Below are positions 18,754 through 28,445 of a stretch of DNA of 64,000 nucleotides, in pieces. Source of the stretch: Fidelibacterota bacterium SCGC AAA160-B08 (lineage in GTDB: Bacteria > Fidelibacterota > Marinisomatia > Marinisomatales > Marinisomataceae); NCBI GenBank assembly GCA_000402755.1, contig AQSD01000003.1:1263-65262 (forward strand), read 5' to 3'. The stretch's first letter is position 1; the number at the start of each line of letters is the position of its first letter. Below the pieces are notes generated by a model. The model saw only the letters and a program-made list of their open reading frames with translations. It was not told where the DNA came from and searched no databases. Made by a program: the position numbers and the translations under genes.

Positions 18754-21012
18754 ATGGACCAAACTAAAATAGTTAAAAAGACCTATTCAAAATATACAGA
18801 GTCTCTTCCTGTTGCTAGAGATTTTTTTAATCGACCATTGACCTACACAGAAAAAATACTTTTCTCACATTTAAGCAAGCCATTAGAATCTATTCCAGAA
18901 AGAACAAAAACATTTTGTTGCATAAAACCTGATCGAGTAGCTATGCAAGACGCAACAGCACAAATGGCACTGCTTCAATTTATTAATGCAGGCATGCAAA
19001 CAACTGCTGTCCCTAGCACTGTTCATTGTGATCACTTAATTACAGCTATTACTGGTGCAAAAGACGACCTAGATAATGCTCTTATTACAAATAAAGAAGT
19101 TTATAATTTTTTAATATCTGTTTGTGAAAAGTATGGGATTGGTTTCTGGAAACCTGGTGCAGGAATTATTCATCAAACCATATTAGAAAACTATGCATTT
19201 CCTGGATCTCTAATGATTGGAACTGATTCACACACTCCGAATGCAGGAGGTTTAGGAATGATTGCAATTGGCGTAGGTGGAGCTGACGCTGTAGATGTAA
19301 TGACAGATTCTCCATGGGAAGTCAATTGGCCTGGTGTTATTGGAGTTAAATTAGTTGGAGAATTAAAAAATTGGGCTTCCCCAAAAGATATCATACTTAA
19401 GCTAGCTGGAATTTTAACAGTTAAAGGTGGTACTGGAAAAATTATTGAATATTTTGGAGAAGGAACCAAGACAATAAGCTGTACAGGGAAAGCGACTATA
19501 ACTAATATGGGAGCTGAAGTAGGAGCAACAACTTCTTTATTTCCTTATGACAAAAAAATGTTTGAATATTTAGTTGCAACCTCAAGATCTGATATTGCAT
19601 CACTAGCAGAAGAATTAAAAGATGACTTAAAAGCAGACGATGAAGTAGCAAATAATCCAGAAAAATATTACGATGAAGTAATTGAAATAAATTTATCTGA
19701 ACTTGAACCTCATATTGTTGGTCCATATAGTCCTGATCTTTCTAGGAAAGTATCAGATATGCCATTAGCTATTAAAAATAATAATTATGATGATGATTTA
19801 AAAGTTGGACTAATTGGTAGTTGTACAAATTCATCTTATGAAGATATTGAGAAAGCTGCTCATGTTGCAAAACAAGCATTAGATCAAGGCTTAAAAGCTA
19901 AATCAGAATTTTATATTACTCCAGGTTCTAATCAAATAAAAGCCACTATGGATCGTGATGGATATACGGAAATTTTTCAAAAACTTGGTGGTAAAGTACT
20001 GGCTAATGCCTGCGGACCATGTATTGGACAATGGAAGAGATCTGGTGTTGAAGATGGAGAAAAAAATACTATTATTACATCATTTAATAGAAATTTTGCA
20101 AAAAGAAATGATGGAAATGCAGCTACTGAATCTTTTGTAGCTAGCCCAGAAATTGTAACCGCATTAGCTATAGCAGGTAAACTTAGCTTTAATCCTTCAA
20201 AAGATTCAATCTTAATGGATGATGGAAATAAATTTATGTTTAACCCCCCTATTGGATCAGAATTACCTGTTGACGGCTTTGAAGATGTAGATAGTAGCGA
20301 CTTCTTAACTGGAACCTTAAATCCATCTGCAGAAATTATTATAGACAAAAATAGTAAACGACTACAAAAATTAGATCCATTCAAAGAATGGAATAAGAAA
20401 GATGCTAAAAATTTACGTATCTTATTAAAAGCTGAAGGAAAGTGTACTACCGACCACGTATCTCCGGCTGGACCTTGGTTAAAATATAGAGGACATCTTG
20501 AAAACATATCTCAAAACATGTATTCTGGTGCATTAAATGCATATACACAATCTACTGGAGAAGCAATAAATACTGACACCAAAGAAAAGGGCAATATTTA
20601 TGAAGTTGCAAAATATTACAGCTCAAATTCTATTGATTGGCTAGCAGTTGCTGATGAAAATTATGGAGAAGGATCTAGTAGAGAACATGCAGCTATGGAA
20701 CCAAGATTTATGGGTTGTAAGATCGTTTTAGCAAAAAGCTTTGCGAGAATTGCTCAAACCAATTTAAAAAAACAAGGTATATTACCTTTGATATTCCAAG
20801 ATAAGTCAGACTATGAAAAAATTGAAGCTTTTGATACTATATCAACTATAAATCTAAACGAATTTGGTCCGACAAATAATATTGATCTAAGTTTGAATAA
20901 GCCAGATGGCTCTACCTACATTATTAAGACAATTCATACTTTTTCAGAAAATCAAATCTCATGGTTTAAGGCCGGATCTGCTCTAAATCTAATCGCAGAT
21001 CACTTAAATTGA
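18754..21012 (+). CDS. acnA: Aconitate hydratase (mitochondrial-like type)
   Basis: DRVAMQDATAQMA, HCDH, GTDSHT, GSCTNSS, CGPCIGQW; GGGAGG ribosome-binding site. Confidence 0.96.
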   Translation: MDQTKIVKKTYSKYTESLPVARDFFNRPLTYTEKILFSHLSKPLESIPERTKTFCCIKPDRVAMQDATAQMALLQFINAGMQTTAVPSTVHCDHLITAITGAKDDLDNALITNKEVYNFLISVCEKYGIGFWKPGAGIIHQTILENYAFPGSLMIGTDSHTPNAGGLGMIAIGVGGADAVDVMTDSPWEVNWPGVIGVKLVGELKNWASPKDIILKLAGILTVKGGTGKIIEYFGEGTKTISCTGKATITNMGAEVGATTSLFPYDKKMFEYLVATSRSDIASLAEELKDDLKADDEVANNPEKYYDEVIEINLSELEPHIVGPYSPDLSRKVSDMPLAIKNNNYDDDLKVGLIGSCTNSSYEDIEKAAHVAKQALDQGLKAKSEFYITPGSNQIKATMDRDGYTEIFQKLGGKVLANACGPCIGQWKRSGVEDGEKNTIITSFNRNFAKRNDGNAATESFVASPEIVTALAIAGKLSFNPSKDSILMDDGNKFMFNPPIGSELPVDGFEDVDSSDFLTGTLNPSAEIIIDKNSKRLQKLDPFKEWNKKDAKNLRILLKAEGKCTTDHVSPAGPWLKYRGHLENISQNMYSGALNAYTQSTGEAINTDTKEKGNIYEVAKYYSSNSIDWLAVADENYGEGSSREHAAMEPRFMGCKIVLAKSFARIAQTNLKKQGILPLIFQDKSDYEKIEAFDTISTINLNEFGPTNNIDLSLNKPDGSTYIIKTIHTFSENQISWFKAGSALNLIADHLN

Positions 21013-22463
21013 ATACAATAGAAACAATTAACAAAGATTGGGATTTTGTTATTGGGATAGAAGTACATGTACAGTTAGAAACAAAATCAAAAATGTTTAG
21101 TACATGTGAATATACTTATGATAAAGATCCAAATACGCTTACATGCCCTACTTCTCTTGGATTGCCCGGAGCACTTCCTTCAATAAATGAAAAAGCTATA
21201 GATTTTGCTATTCAATTTGGTAGTGCGGTAAATGCTAATATACATTCCTCTTTTTCTTTTGCCAGAAAACATTATTTTTATCCCGATCTTCCAAAAGGAT
21301 ATCAAATATCTCAATTTGATAAACCTATTGTAACAGGAGGAGTTGTACCTATTTGGTGGAACGACAAACAATATGACATTGAATTAACAAGAGCTCATCT
21401 AGAAGAAGATGCAGGTAAATCAACTCATCATCTATCAAGCAATAGCAGTCAGGTAGATTTTAACAGAAGTGGTGCTCCGCTAATAGAAATTGTTACTGAA
21501 CCTGTATTAACACATCCCATACAAGCAAAAATATTTATTCAACGAATAAAACAGATTGTTAACTATATAATGATTTCTAATGCTGAGATGGAACAAGGAA
21601 AATTAAGATGTGATGCTAATATATCTATTAAGAAAAAAGGTGTTAAAAAATTTGGTACTAAAACAGAAATTAAAAATATTAATTCTTTTAGAAATGTACA
21701 AAAAGCAATTGAATCTGAGATTAAAAGACAGCATCAACTATTAGAAGATGGACAGGAAGTAAAGCAAGCAAGTTTAACTTGGAATAATGAGAAAAATACT
21801 GCAGAAATTATGCGAGTAAAAGAAAATGCTAATGACTATAGATACTTTCCAGATCCAGACCTACCCCCAGTTACGATTGAAAATTCAAAGATAAAATCTA
21901 TAAGAGAAATTTTACCTACTTTACCATTTGAGTTTGAAAATAAATGGATAGATAAATATAATTTTAAGCCAGAAGAAGCTATCACTCTTGCTAGTACAAG
22001 ACATATTGCTTCTTATTTTGAGGAAATACTTAACTATGATGTTAGTGCTAAAAATGCCTATAAATGGATTACGGGTGAATTATTTCGACTATTTAATGAG
22101 GTGAATATCCCCTTTGATCACAATAAGGTGCTAGCTAAAGATTTAGCAAAAATTATCTCTTTGAGTGATTCAGAAAAAATAACTACAAACTCTGCAAAAG
22201 AAGTCTTAAGAAAATTATTTACCTCTAATGATTCGCTCAAAACTGTAATGAATGATGGAGATTATCTGGATAATAAAAGTAATAATGTAGAAGACATCAT
22301 TGATAAAGTATTGAAAGAAAATCCAGGAGAAGTTATAAGATTTCAAAAAGGCGAAGAAAAACTGTTGAGTTACTTTATAGGTAAAGTAATGAAGGAATCA
22401 AAAGGTAAAATAAATCATAAAATAATTACTCAAGAATTGAGTAAAAAACTTAGAAATTCTTAA
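21009..22463 (+). CDS. gatB: Asp-tRNA(Asn)/Glu-tRNA(Gln) amidotransferase subunit B
   Basis: [48 protein letters not shown]; TTG start overlapping the acnA stop. Confidence 0.97.
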   Translation: MNTIETINKDWDFVIGIEVHVQLETKSKMFSTCEYTYDKDPNTLTCPTSLGLPGALPSINEKAIDFAIQFGSAVNANIHSSFSFARKHYFYPDLPKGYQISQFDKPIVTGGVVPIWWNDKQYDIELTRAHLEEDAGKSTHHLSSNSSQVDFNRSGAPLIEIVTEPVLTHPIQAKIFIQRIKQIVNYIMISNAEMEQGKLRCDANISIKKKGVKKFGTKTEIKNINSFRNVQKAIESEIKRQHQLLEDGQEVKQASLTWNNEKNTAEIMRVKENANDYRYFPDPDLPPVTIENSKIKSIREILPTLPFEFENKWIDKYNFKPEEAITLASTRHIASYFEEILNYDVSAKNAYKWITGELFRLFNEVNIPFDHNKVLAKDLAKIISLSDSEKITTNSAKEVLRKLFTSNDSLKTVMNDGDYLDNKSNNVEDIIDKVLKENPGEVIRFQKGEEKLLSYFIGKVMKESKGKINHKIITQELSKKLRNS

Positions 22464-22696
22464 AATTTTCTTCCTTTAGCAGTTAATTCTCTAATCACAG
22501 AATCAATACCTTTTTTATCAATAGTTTTAATACCTCTTGCTGATACTTTAAGAGTAATAGATTTTTTTAAACTAGCTACCCAGAAAGTTTTTTTCTGTAG
22601 ATTTACATCAAATCTTCTTCTAGTTTTATTGTTTGCATGACTTACATTGTTTCCATGCATTACTTTTTTACCTGTTACTTCACAAACTCTTGACAT
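22460..22696 (-). CDS. rpmB: 50S ribosomal protein L28
   Basis: [28 protein letters not shown]. Confidence 0.98.
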   Translation of the reverse strand: MSRVCEVTGKKVMHGNNVSHANNKTRRRFDVNLQKKTFWVASLKKSITLKVSARGIKTIDKKGIDSVIRELTAKGRKF

Positions 22697-22735
22697 TTTT
22701 TAACCTTTTATCTTTGAAGTTTAATTAAACTCGGG

Positions 22736-22766
22736 CAAATTTAAACCAATAATTGAACCTAACAAA
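22736..22766 (-). promoter_or_regulatory. Putative Bacteroidota-type promoter TTTG-N19-TAAATTTG upstream of rpmB
   Basis: Minus strand tttg-ttaggttcaattattggtt-taaatttg(c); exact match to the -33/-7 consensus. Confidence 0.5.
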
Positions 22767-22776
22767 CAAAAAGAAT

Positions 22777-23757
22777 ATGTTTGATTTAAATAAAAAAATA
22801 GAGATTGGATCTTTAAAGCTGGACTTCCCTTTCTTTCTAGCTCCTATGGCAGGAGTCACTGACTATGCATACAGAGTCATTGCGAAAGAATTTGGTGCAG
22901 GTATTGTTTATTCAGAATTCGTTTCAGCACATGGAATTATAAGAAAAAATGAAAAAACTCTAAAAATGATTGAATTTTCAGAATTTGAGAGGCCAATTGG
23001 TATTCAAATATTTGGAGATACTCCTGAAGTTATGGAGAAAGCTGCTCGATTAGTTTATGAGCAATTTAAGCCTGATTTGATTGATATTAACTATGGATGC
23101 CCTGTTCCAAAAGTAACTAAAAAAGGCGCTGGATCTGCAGCGTTGAAAGATCTATGCTTAATGGAAGATATCACTGCTGCAGTTGTTGAATCTGTCAAAG
23201 AAGTTCCAGTAACTGTCAAAATGAGAGCAGGTTGGAATTCTGAAAACATTGTGAGTACAGAGGCGGGTATAAAATTAGAAAAAATTGGTATCAAAGCTAT
23301 CACACTACACCCAAGAACAACTGTTCAGCTCTATAAAGGAAAGGCTGATTGGTCTCTTATTAAAGAATTAAAAGAAAATGTAAAAATTCCAGTAATAGGA
23401 AATGGTGATATACAAACTATAGAAGATATTGAAAGAATGTTCTCATTGACAAGCTGTGATGGAATTATGATTGGTAGAGCCGCACTTGGGAATCCTTGGT
23501 TTTTTACTCAAATTAAAAAATATATGAAAAATGAAGATTTTAATGAGATAAGTATGGATGAAAGATTGGATGTTTGTAATAGACATCTAGATCTACTTGT
23601 TGAAACCCATGGAGAAGTTGTAGGTACAAATAATATGAGGAAACACTTCGGTTGGTACTTCAAAGGTTTTAAACATGCTTCTGGATTGAGAAAAAAATTA
23701 GTTTTAGTAAAGAATTATTCTGAAATGAAGGATATTTTATCTAATATTAGGCACTAA
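22777..23757 (+). CDS. dusB: tRNA-dihydrouridine synthase DusB
   Basis: LAPMAGVTD, DINYGCP, TVKMR, LHPRT, NGDI, MIGRAALGNPW; start set to ATG 22777. Confidence 0.94.
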   Translation: MFDLNKKIEIGSLKLDFPFFLAPMAGVTDYAYRVIAKEFGAGIVYSEFVSAHGIIRKNEKTLKMIEFSEFERPIGIQIFGDTPEVMEKAARLVYEQFKPDLIDINYGCPVPKVTKKGAGSAALKDLCLMEDITAAVVESVKEVPVTVKMRAGWNSENIVSTEAGIKLEKIGIKAITLHPRTTVQLYKGKADWSLIKELKENVKIPVIGNGDIQTIEDIERMFSLTSCDGIMIGRAALGNPWFFTQIKKYMKNEDFNEISMDERLDVCNRHLDLLVETHGEVVGTNNMRKHFGWYFKGFKHASGLRKKLVLVKNYSEMKDILSNIRH

Positions 23758-23774
23758 AAACGAAAGAGGAAATT

Positions 23775-25391
23775 ATGGACAAAAATTTTAAAGCAGTAAA
23801 TGCACCAATACTAGATTTTGAACCAGGTTCAAAACATAGAGAAGAATTAATAAAAGAGATTGAAAGACAGTCAAATAGACAAAAAGAAGTTCCAGTCATT
23901 ATTCATGGAAAAGAATATTATACAGGTAATACGCAGACATGTACAAAACCTCATGATCATCAACATCTTCTAGGAACATACCATGAAGCTGGAGAAAAAG
24001 AAATTCAAATGGCGATAGATTCTTCTCTTGAGGCATGGAAATCTTGGTCAAACACTTCTCTTGAGTATAGAGCTTCAATTTTTAAAAAAGTTGCTGACTT
24101 AATTGATGGTCCATATAGATATAAAATTAATGCTGCGGCAATGCTCGATATTGGAAAAAGTGTTTTTCAAGCTGAGGTTGATGCATCATGCGAACTTATA
24201 GACTTTTTAAATTTTAGTATTGAATTTGCTTATAAGATGGAAAATACATTTACTCCTATTTCTCCAGAAGGAATGCATAATGCTTTGGAATTCAGACCTC
24301 TAGAAGGATTTGTTTTCGCTATTGCTCCATTTAACTTCTTTAGCATTGGAGGAAACTTAGCTATCGCTCCTGCTATTGTAGGTAATACAGTATTATGGAA
24401 ACCAGCACCAAGCGCAGTTTATTCATCTCATGTGATTATGGAGCTTTATAAAGAAGCAGGTCTTCCTGATGGAGTAATTAATTTTATTCCAGGCGATGGT
24501 CCTAAAATTGGTGAGCAAGTACTTGCTCATAGAGATTTAGCTGGAGTACACTTTACTGGATCTACTAAAACATTTAAACATTTATGGAAAAGTGTATCCA
24601 ATAACTTAGATACATATAAAAGCTATCCTAAAGTTGTTGGTGAAACCGGAGGAAAAGACTTCTGTATTGCTCATGAATCTGCTAATATTGATGGTCTTGT
24701 GACTGCAATGGTAAGAGGAGCATTCGAATATCAAGGACAGAAATGTTCTGCTATGTCTAGAGCTTACCTCCCTTCTACTAAATGGGACATCATTAAAGAA
24801 AAACTTGTAACACAAATTGCTACCATAGAAGTAGGACCACCAGAAGATTTTAAAAACTTCGTTAATGCAGTCATCGATGAAACAGCGTTTGATAAAATAT
24901 CTTCATATATAGACTATGCAAATGAATCAAGTGATTGTGAAGTTCTATGTGGTGGAACATATGATAAGTCAAAAGGCTATTTTGTTCAACCCACTGTAAT
25001 AGTGACTAGCGATCCTCATTTTAAAACATTAGAAGAGGAAATTTTTGGTCCTGTATTGACAATTTATGTTTATGATACGGATCAGTGGTCAGAAACTTTA
25101 ACGCTAATCGATTCAACATCTCCTTATGCACTAACTGGCTGTGTTTTCTCTGAAGACAGAGATATTGTAGAAGAAGTACGCTCTACATTAAGATTTTCAG
25201 CAGGAAATTTCTATATTAATGACAAACCAACTGGTGCTGTTGTAGGACAACAACCTTTTGGTGGAAGTCGCGCTTCTGGTACTAATGATAAAGGCGGATC
25301 TATGCTGAATCTTTTAAGATGGACTTCACCAAGAACAATTAAAGAAACCTTTGAACCACCTAAGGATTATCGCTATCCTTACATGGATTAA
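23775..25391 (+). CDS. pruA: Delta-1-pyrroline-5-carboxylate dehydrogenase (monofunctional, ALDH4-like)
   Basis: PFNF, FTGST, ETGGKDF, AFEYQGQKCSA, EEIFGP, NDKPTGAVVGQQPFGG. Confidence 0.95.
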   Translation: MDKNFKAVNAPILDFEPGSKHREELIKEIERQSNRQKEVPVIIHGKEYYTGNTQTCTKPHDHQHLLGTYHEAGEKEIQMAIDSSLEAWKSWSNTSLEYRASIFKKVADLIDGPYRYKINAAAMLDIGKSVFQAEVDASCELIDFLNFSIEFAYKMENTFTPISPEGMHNALEFRPLEGFVFAIAPFNFFSIGGNLAIAPAIVGNTVLWKPAPSAVYSSHVIMELYKEAGLPDGVINFIPGDGPKIGEQVLAHRDLAGVHFTGSTKTFKHLWKSVSNNLDTYKSYPKVVGETGGKDFCIAHESANIDGLVTAMVRGAFEYQGQKCSAMSRAYLPSTKWDIIKEKLVTQIATIEVGPPEDFKNFVNAVIDETAFDKISSYIDYANESSDCEVLCGGTYDKSKGYFVQPTVIVTSDPHFKTLEEEIFGPVLTIYVYDTDQWSETLTLIDSTSPYALTGCVFSEDRDIVEEVRSTLRFSAGNFYINDKPTGAVVGQQPFGGSRASGTNDKGGSMLNLLRWTSPRTIKETFEPPKDYRYPYMD

Positions 25392-25392
25392 T

Positions 25393-26559
25393 ATGAAAAT
25401 TCACGAATACCAAGCCAAAGAAATTCTTAAAAAGTTTAATATTCCTATTCAGGAAGGTTATGCTATTGATAATAATACCGATATTGACGATACTATTAAA
25501 AAAGTACAAACTGACTTTAATAGTGAAGCTGTAATTGTCAAAGCTCAAATTCATGCTGGAGGTCGAGGAAAAGGTGGTGGAGTAAAATACTGTCCTACTT
25601 TTGAAGATGCTCAAGAGGCTGCCAACACAATCTTAGGGATGAACTTAATCACTCACCAAACAGGACCAGAAGGCAAGATGGTTAATAAGATTCTGATTAC
25701 TCAGGCCTTAGATATCCAAAAAGAATATTATTTTGCTATCACATTTGATAGATCTAAAAATTCTGATGTGTTTATAGTGTCTACCGAAGGTGGTGTTGAT
25801 ATTGAGGAAGTAGCCGAAAATAATCCTGAAAAAATTATTAAATCATGGATTGATGATTCGCCCAATGCTTTAGAGAATGCAGTAAAAGAAATAATCGCAT
25901 CTTTATCGCTTGAAAAATTTGAAAATGTAGAACAGATGTTTAAAGATTTATATACATGTTATATCGAGTCAGACTGTTCCCTTCTAGAAATTAATCCTTT
26001 AGTATCAACAACTGATCAAGAAATTATCGCTCTTGATGCAAAAGTAGATATTGATTCTAACTCTCTATTTAGACATCCTGAAATTGCTGCTTATCATGAC
26101 AAATCAGAAGAAGATCCGCTAGAGCTACAAGCTGCTGAATATGGATTAAACTATATTAAACTAGATGGTAATGTAGGCTGTATGGTTAATGGCGCAGGAT
26201 TAGCCATGGCTACAATGGATATAGTAAAACATTGTGGAGGTGAACCTGCAAATTTCTTAGATGTAGGAGGAGCTGCGAACGTAGAAACCATTAAAAATGG
26301 TTTTAAAATTATCTTATCTGATAAAAATGTAAAGTCTATTTTAATCAATATATTTGGTGGGATTGTGCGATGCGATAGAGTAGCTAACGGTGTTATACAA
26401 GCTGTAAAAGAATTAGAATTAGATGTTGTAGTTGTTGTAAGACTACAAGGAACGAATGCTAAATTAGCGAAAAAAATACTTGATGAATCTGATATTGAAT
26501 TAATAAGTGCAGAAACAATTAATGAAGCTGCAACAAAAGCTGTGGAGATGATAAAATAA
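25393..26559 (+). CDS. sucC: Succinyl-CoA ligase beta subunit
   Basis: MKIHEYQAK, KAQIHAGGRGKGGGV, NGAGLAMATMD, NIFGGIVRCD. Confidence 0.98.
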   Translation: MKIHEYQAKEILKKFNIPIQEGYAIDNNTDIDDTIKKVQTDFNSEAVIVKAQIHAGGRGKGGGVKYCPTFEDAQEAANTILGMNLITHQTGPEGKMVNKILITQALDIQKEYYFAITFDRSKNSDVFIVSTEGGVDIEEVAENNPEKIIKSWIDDSPNALENAVKEIIASLSLEKFENVEQMFKDLYTCYIESDCSLLEINPLVSTTDQEIIALDAKVDIDSNSLFRHPEIAAYHDKSEEDPLELQAAEYGLNYIKLDGNVGCMVNGAGLAMATMDIVKHCGGEPANFLDVGGAANVETIKNGFKIILSDKNVKSILINIFGGIVRCDRVANGVIQAVKELELDVVVVVRLQGTNAKLAKKILDESDIELISAETINEAATKAVEMIK

Positions 26560-26560
26560 T

Positions 26561-27436
26561 ATGTCAATTCTATTAAATAAGAATACAAATATACTAGTTC
26601 AAGGAATCACTGGATCAGAAGGATCATTTCATGCAGAGCAAATGATTGAATATGGCTCAAAGGTTGTTTGTGGAGTTACTCCAGGAAAAGGTGGTCAAAC
26701 AGCAACAGAAAATAAATTACCTGTATTTAATTCTATTCATGATGCAAAAAAAGAATTTCAAGTTGATGCTACTGTTATTTTTGTACCTCCAAGATTTGCA
26801 GCGCAGGCTATTATAGAGGCTATCAAAGAAAGTATTGAATTAATAGTGTGTATATCTGAAGGAATTCCTGTCAGAGATATGGTTACGGTTAAAAATATGC
26901 TAGATAAATCTTCTAGCACCTTAATCGGACCAAACTGTCCTGGATTAATTACGGCAGAGGAATCAAAAATTGGAATTACGCCAGGATTTATATGCAAAAA
27001 AGGTTCTGTAGGTATATTATCAAGATCTGGGACGTTGACATATGAAGCTATTGATCAAGTAGTTAATGTTGGACTAGGCATTACAACTGCAGTAGGTATT
27101 GGAGGAGATCCAGTTATCGGTTCAAGCATGATAGATATACTAAAACACTTTAAAGATGATAATGACACAAAAGGTATTGTTATGATCGGTGAAATAGGTG
27201 GAAATATGGAGAATGATGCTGCCAGATGGGTAAAAGAAAATTTAAATAAACCAGTAGTATCTTTTATAGCAGGTCAAACTGCTCCAAAAGGAAAAAGAAT
27301 GGGTCATGCTGGAGCCATAATATCAGAAGGATCTGAAACAGCTGAAGCTAAAATTAAAATACTAAAAGAATGTGGAATTTCAGTAGCAAATACAGTATCT
27401 GAAATTGGCATTACAATGAAATCACTAATAGGATAA
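26561..27436 (+). CDS. sucD: Succinyl-CoA ligase alpha subunit
   Basis: QGITGSEG, GPNCPG, SRSGTLTYE, RMGHAGA (phospho-His). Confidence 0.98.
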   Translation: MSILLNKNTNILVQGITGSEGSFHAEQMIEYGSKVVCGVTPGKGGQTATENKLPVFNSIHDAKKEFQVDATVIFVPPRFAAQAIIEAIKESIELIVCISEGIPVRDMVTVKNMLDKSSSTLIGPNCPGLITAEESKIGITPGFICKKGSVGILSRSGTLTYEAIDQVVNVGLGITTAVGIGGDPVIGSSMIDILKHFKDDNDTKGIVMIGEIGGNMENDAARWVKENLNKPVVSFIAGQTAPKGKRMGHAGAIISEGSETAEAKIKILKECGISVANTVSEIGITMKSLIG

Positions 27437-27439
27437 AAT

Positions 27440-27841
27440 ATGAAAAATACACTAGCAATTATTAAACCAGATGCAATGATAAAAGGTCATCTTGACAATA
27501 TCAGGAAAGATATTCTAGATAATGGATTTTCTATTATTGAAGAAAAAACTTTACATCTTTCCAATGAACAAGCTTGTGCTTTCTATGACATCCACCAAGA
27601 TAAACCCTTCTTTGATGAGTTAGTTAAATTTATGACCTCTTATGAGTGCCATGTAATGAAACTAGAAAAAGAAGATGCTGTTATTGAGTGGAGAAATCTA
27701 ATGGGTGCAACAGATTCTCAGAAAGCTGATCTTGGAACGATTAGACAAAAATACGGTACTGACATATCTATGAATGCTACACATGGCTCCGATAGCAATG
27801 AAAACGCAGATAAAGAAATAAGATTTTTCTTCAATGGTTAG
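27440..27841 (+). CDS. ndk: Nucleoside diphosphate kinase
   Basis: TLAIIKPDA, GTIR, NATHGSDS. Confidence 0.97.
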   Translation: MKNTLAIIKPDAMIKGHLDNIRKDILDNGFSIIEEKTLHLSNEQACAFYDIHQDKPFFDELVKFMTSYECHVMKLEKEDAVIEWRNLMGATDSQKADLGTIRQKYGTDISMNATHGSDSNENADKEIRFFFNG

Positions 27842-28211
27842 ATACTTTTTAGTATTCTTATTTTCTTTTTCTACAATTTATGCTCAAGAACTAAACGATG
27901 AATGGCTAAGCACTGTTTTAGAAAAAAATATATCTGCTGATCAAGCAGAAACGTTAGGCGAAGAAACAAATAATATATACTATACTATACAAGTAGCAGC
28001 TAAGACTACTTTTGCAGATGCACAAGAAGTGTTAAAAATATTGAATAATAATGATTTTGAAGCTTTTATAATAAAAAATGACTCAAATGAAAAATTAAAA
28101 TATCGCATTAGATATGGAAATTTTTTATCTAAAGAAGATGCTTCTATGACTGCAAATGATATTAAAAATGAACTAGGATATGATTGCTGGATAGCTAAAA
28201 TAGAATTATAA
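27834..28211 (+). CDS. Exported SPOR-domain protein
   Basis: Signal peptide; YTIQVAA...YRIRYGNF SPOR pattern. Confidence 0.8.
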   Translation: MVRYFLVFLFSFSTIYAQELNDEWLSTVLEKNISADQAETLGEETNNIYYTIQVAAKTTFADAQEVLKILNNNDFEAFIIKNDSNEKLKYRIRYGNFLSKEDASMTANDIKNELGYDCWIAKIEL

Positions 28212-28268
28212 AAATTATTTTATTTCAAAGATTTATTTGTTTATATTGACGCTGGTTAAGGAAAGAAA

Positions 28269-28445
28269 ATGTTACCTAAAAAAAGACAGTCCAAAACAAG
28301 ATCAAAAAAGAGAAGAACTCACTATACTTCTTCCCTAGTGCATACAGTTACCTGTAAAAACACTGGAGAACAACATCTACCGCATCATGCATACTATCAT
28401 GATGGAATCCTGTACCATAAAGGAAAACCAGTCGATCAGAACTAA
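28269..28445 (+). CDS. rpmF: 50S ribosomal protein L32 (not in ORF track; 58 aa)
   Basis: Manual translation MLPKKRQSKTRSKKRRTHY...CKNTGEQHLPHHAYYHDGILYHKGK; TAAGGA RBS; TAATG coupling to fabD. Confidence 0.93.
   Translation: MLPKKRQSKTRSKKRRTHYTSSLVHTVTCKNTGEQHLPHHAYYHDGILYHKGKPVDQN

Noticed and set aside
19977-20507. 176-aa antisense ORF inside aconitase (also 19191-19469, 19502-19726, 19955-20140)
   Set aside because: Antisense or alternative-frame by-products of codon bias in a conserved gene
26151-26588. 145-aa antisense ORF over sucC/sucD, and other 60-115 aa ORFs nested in annotated genes
   Set aside because: Fully overlap well-supported CDSs; no independent coding signal
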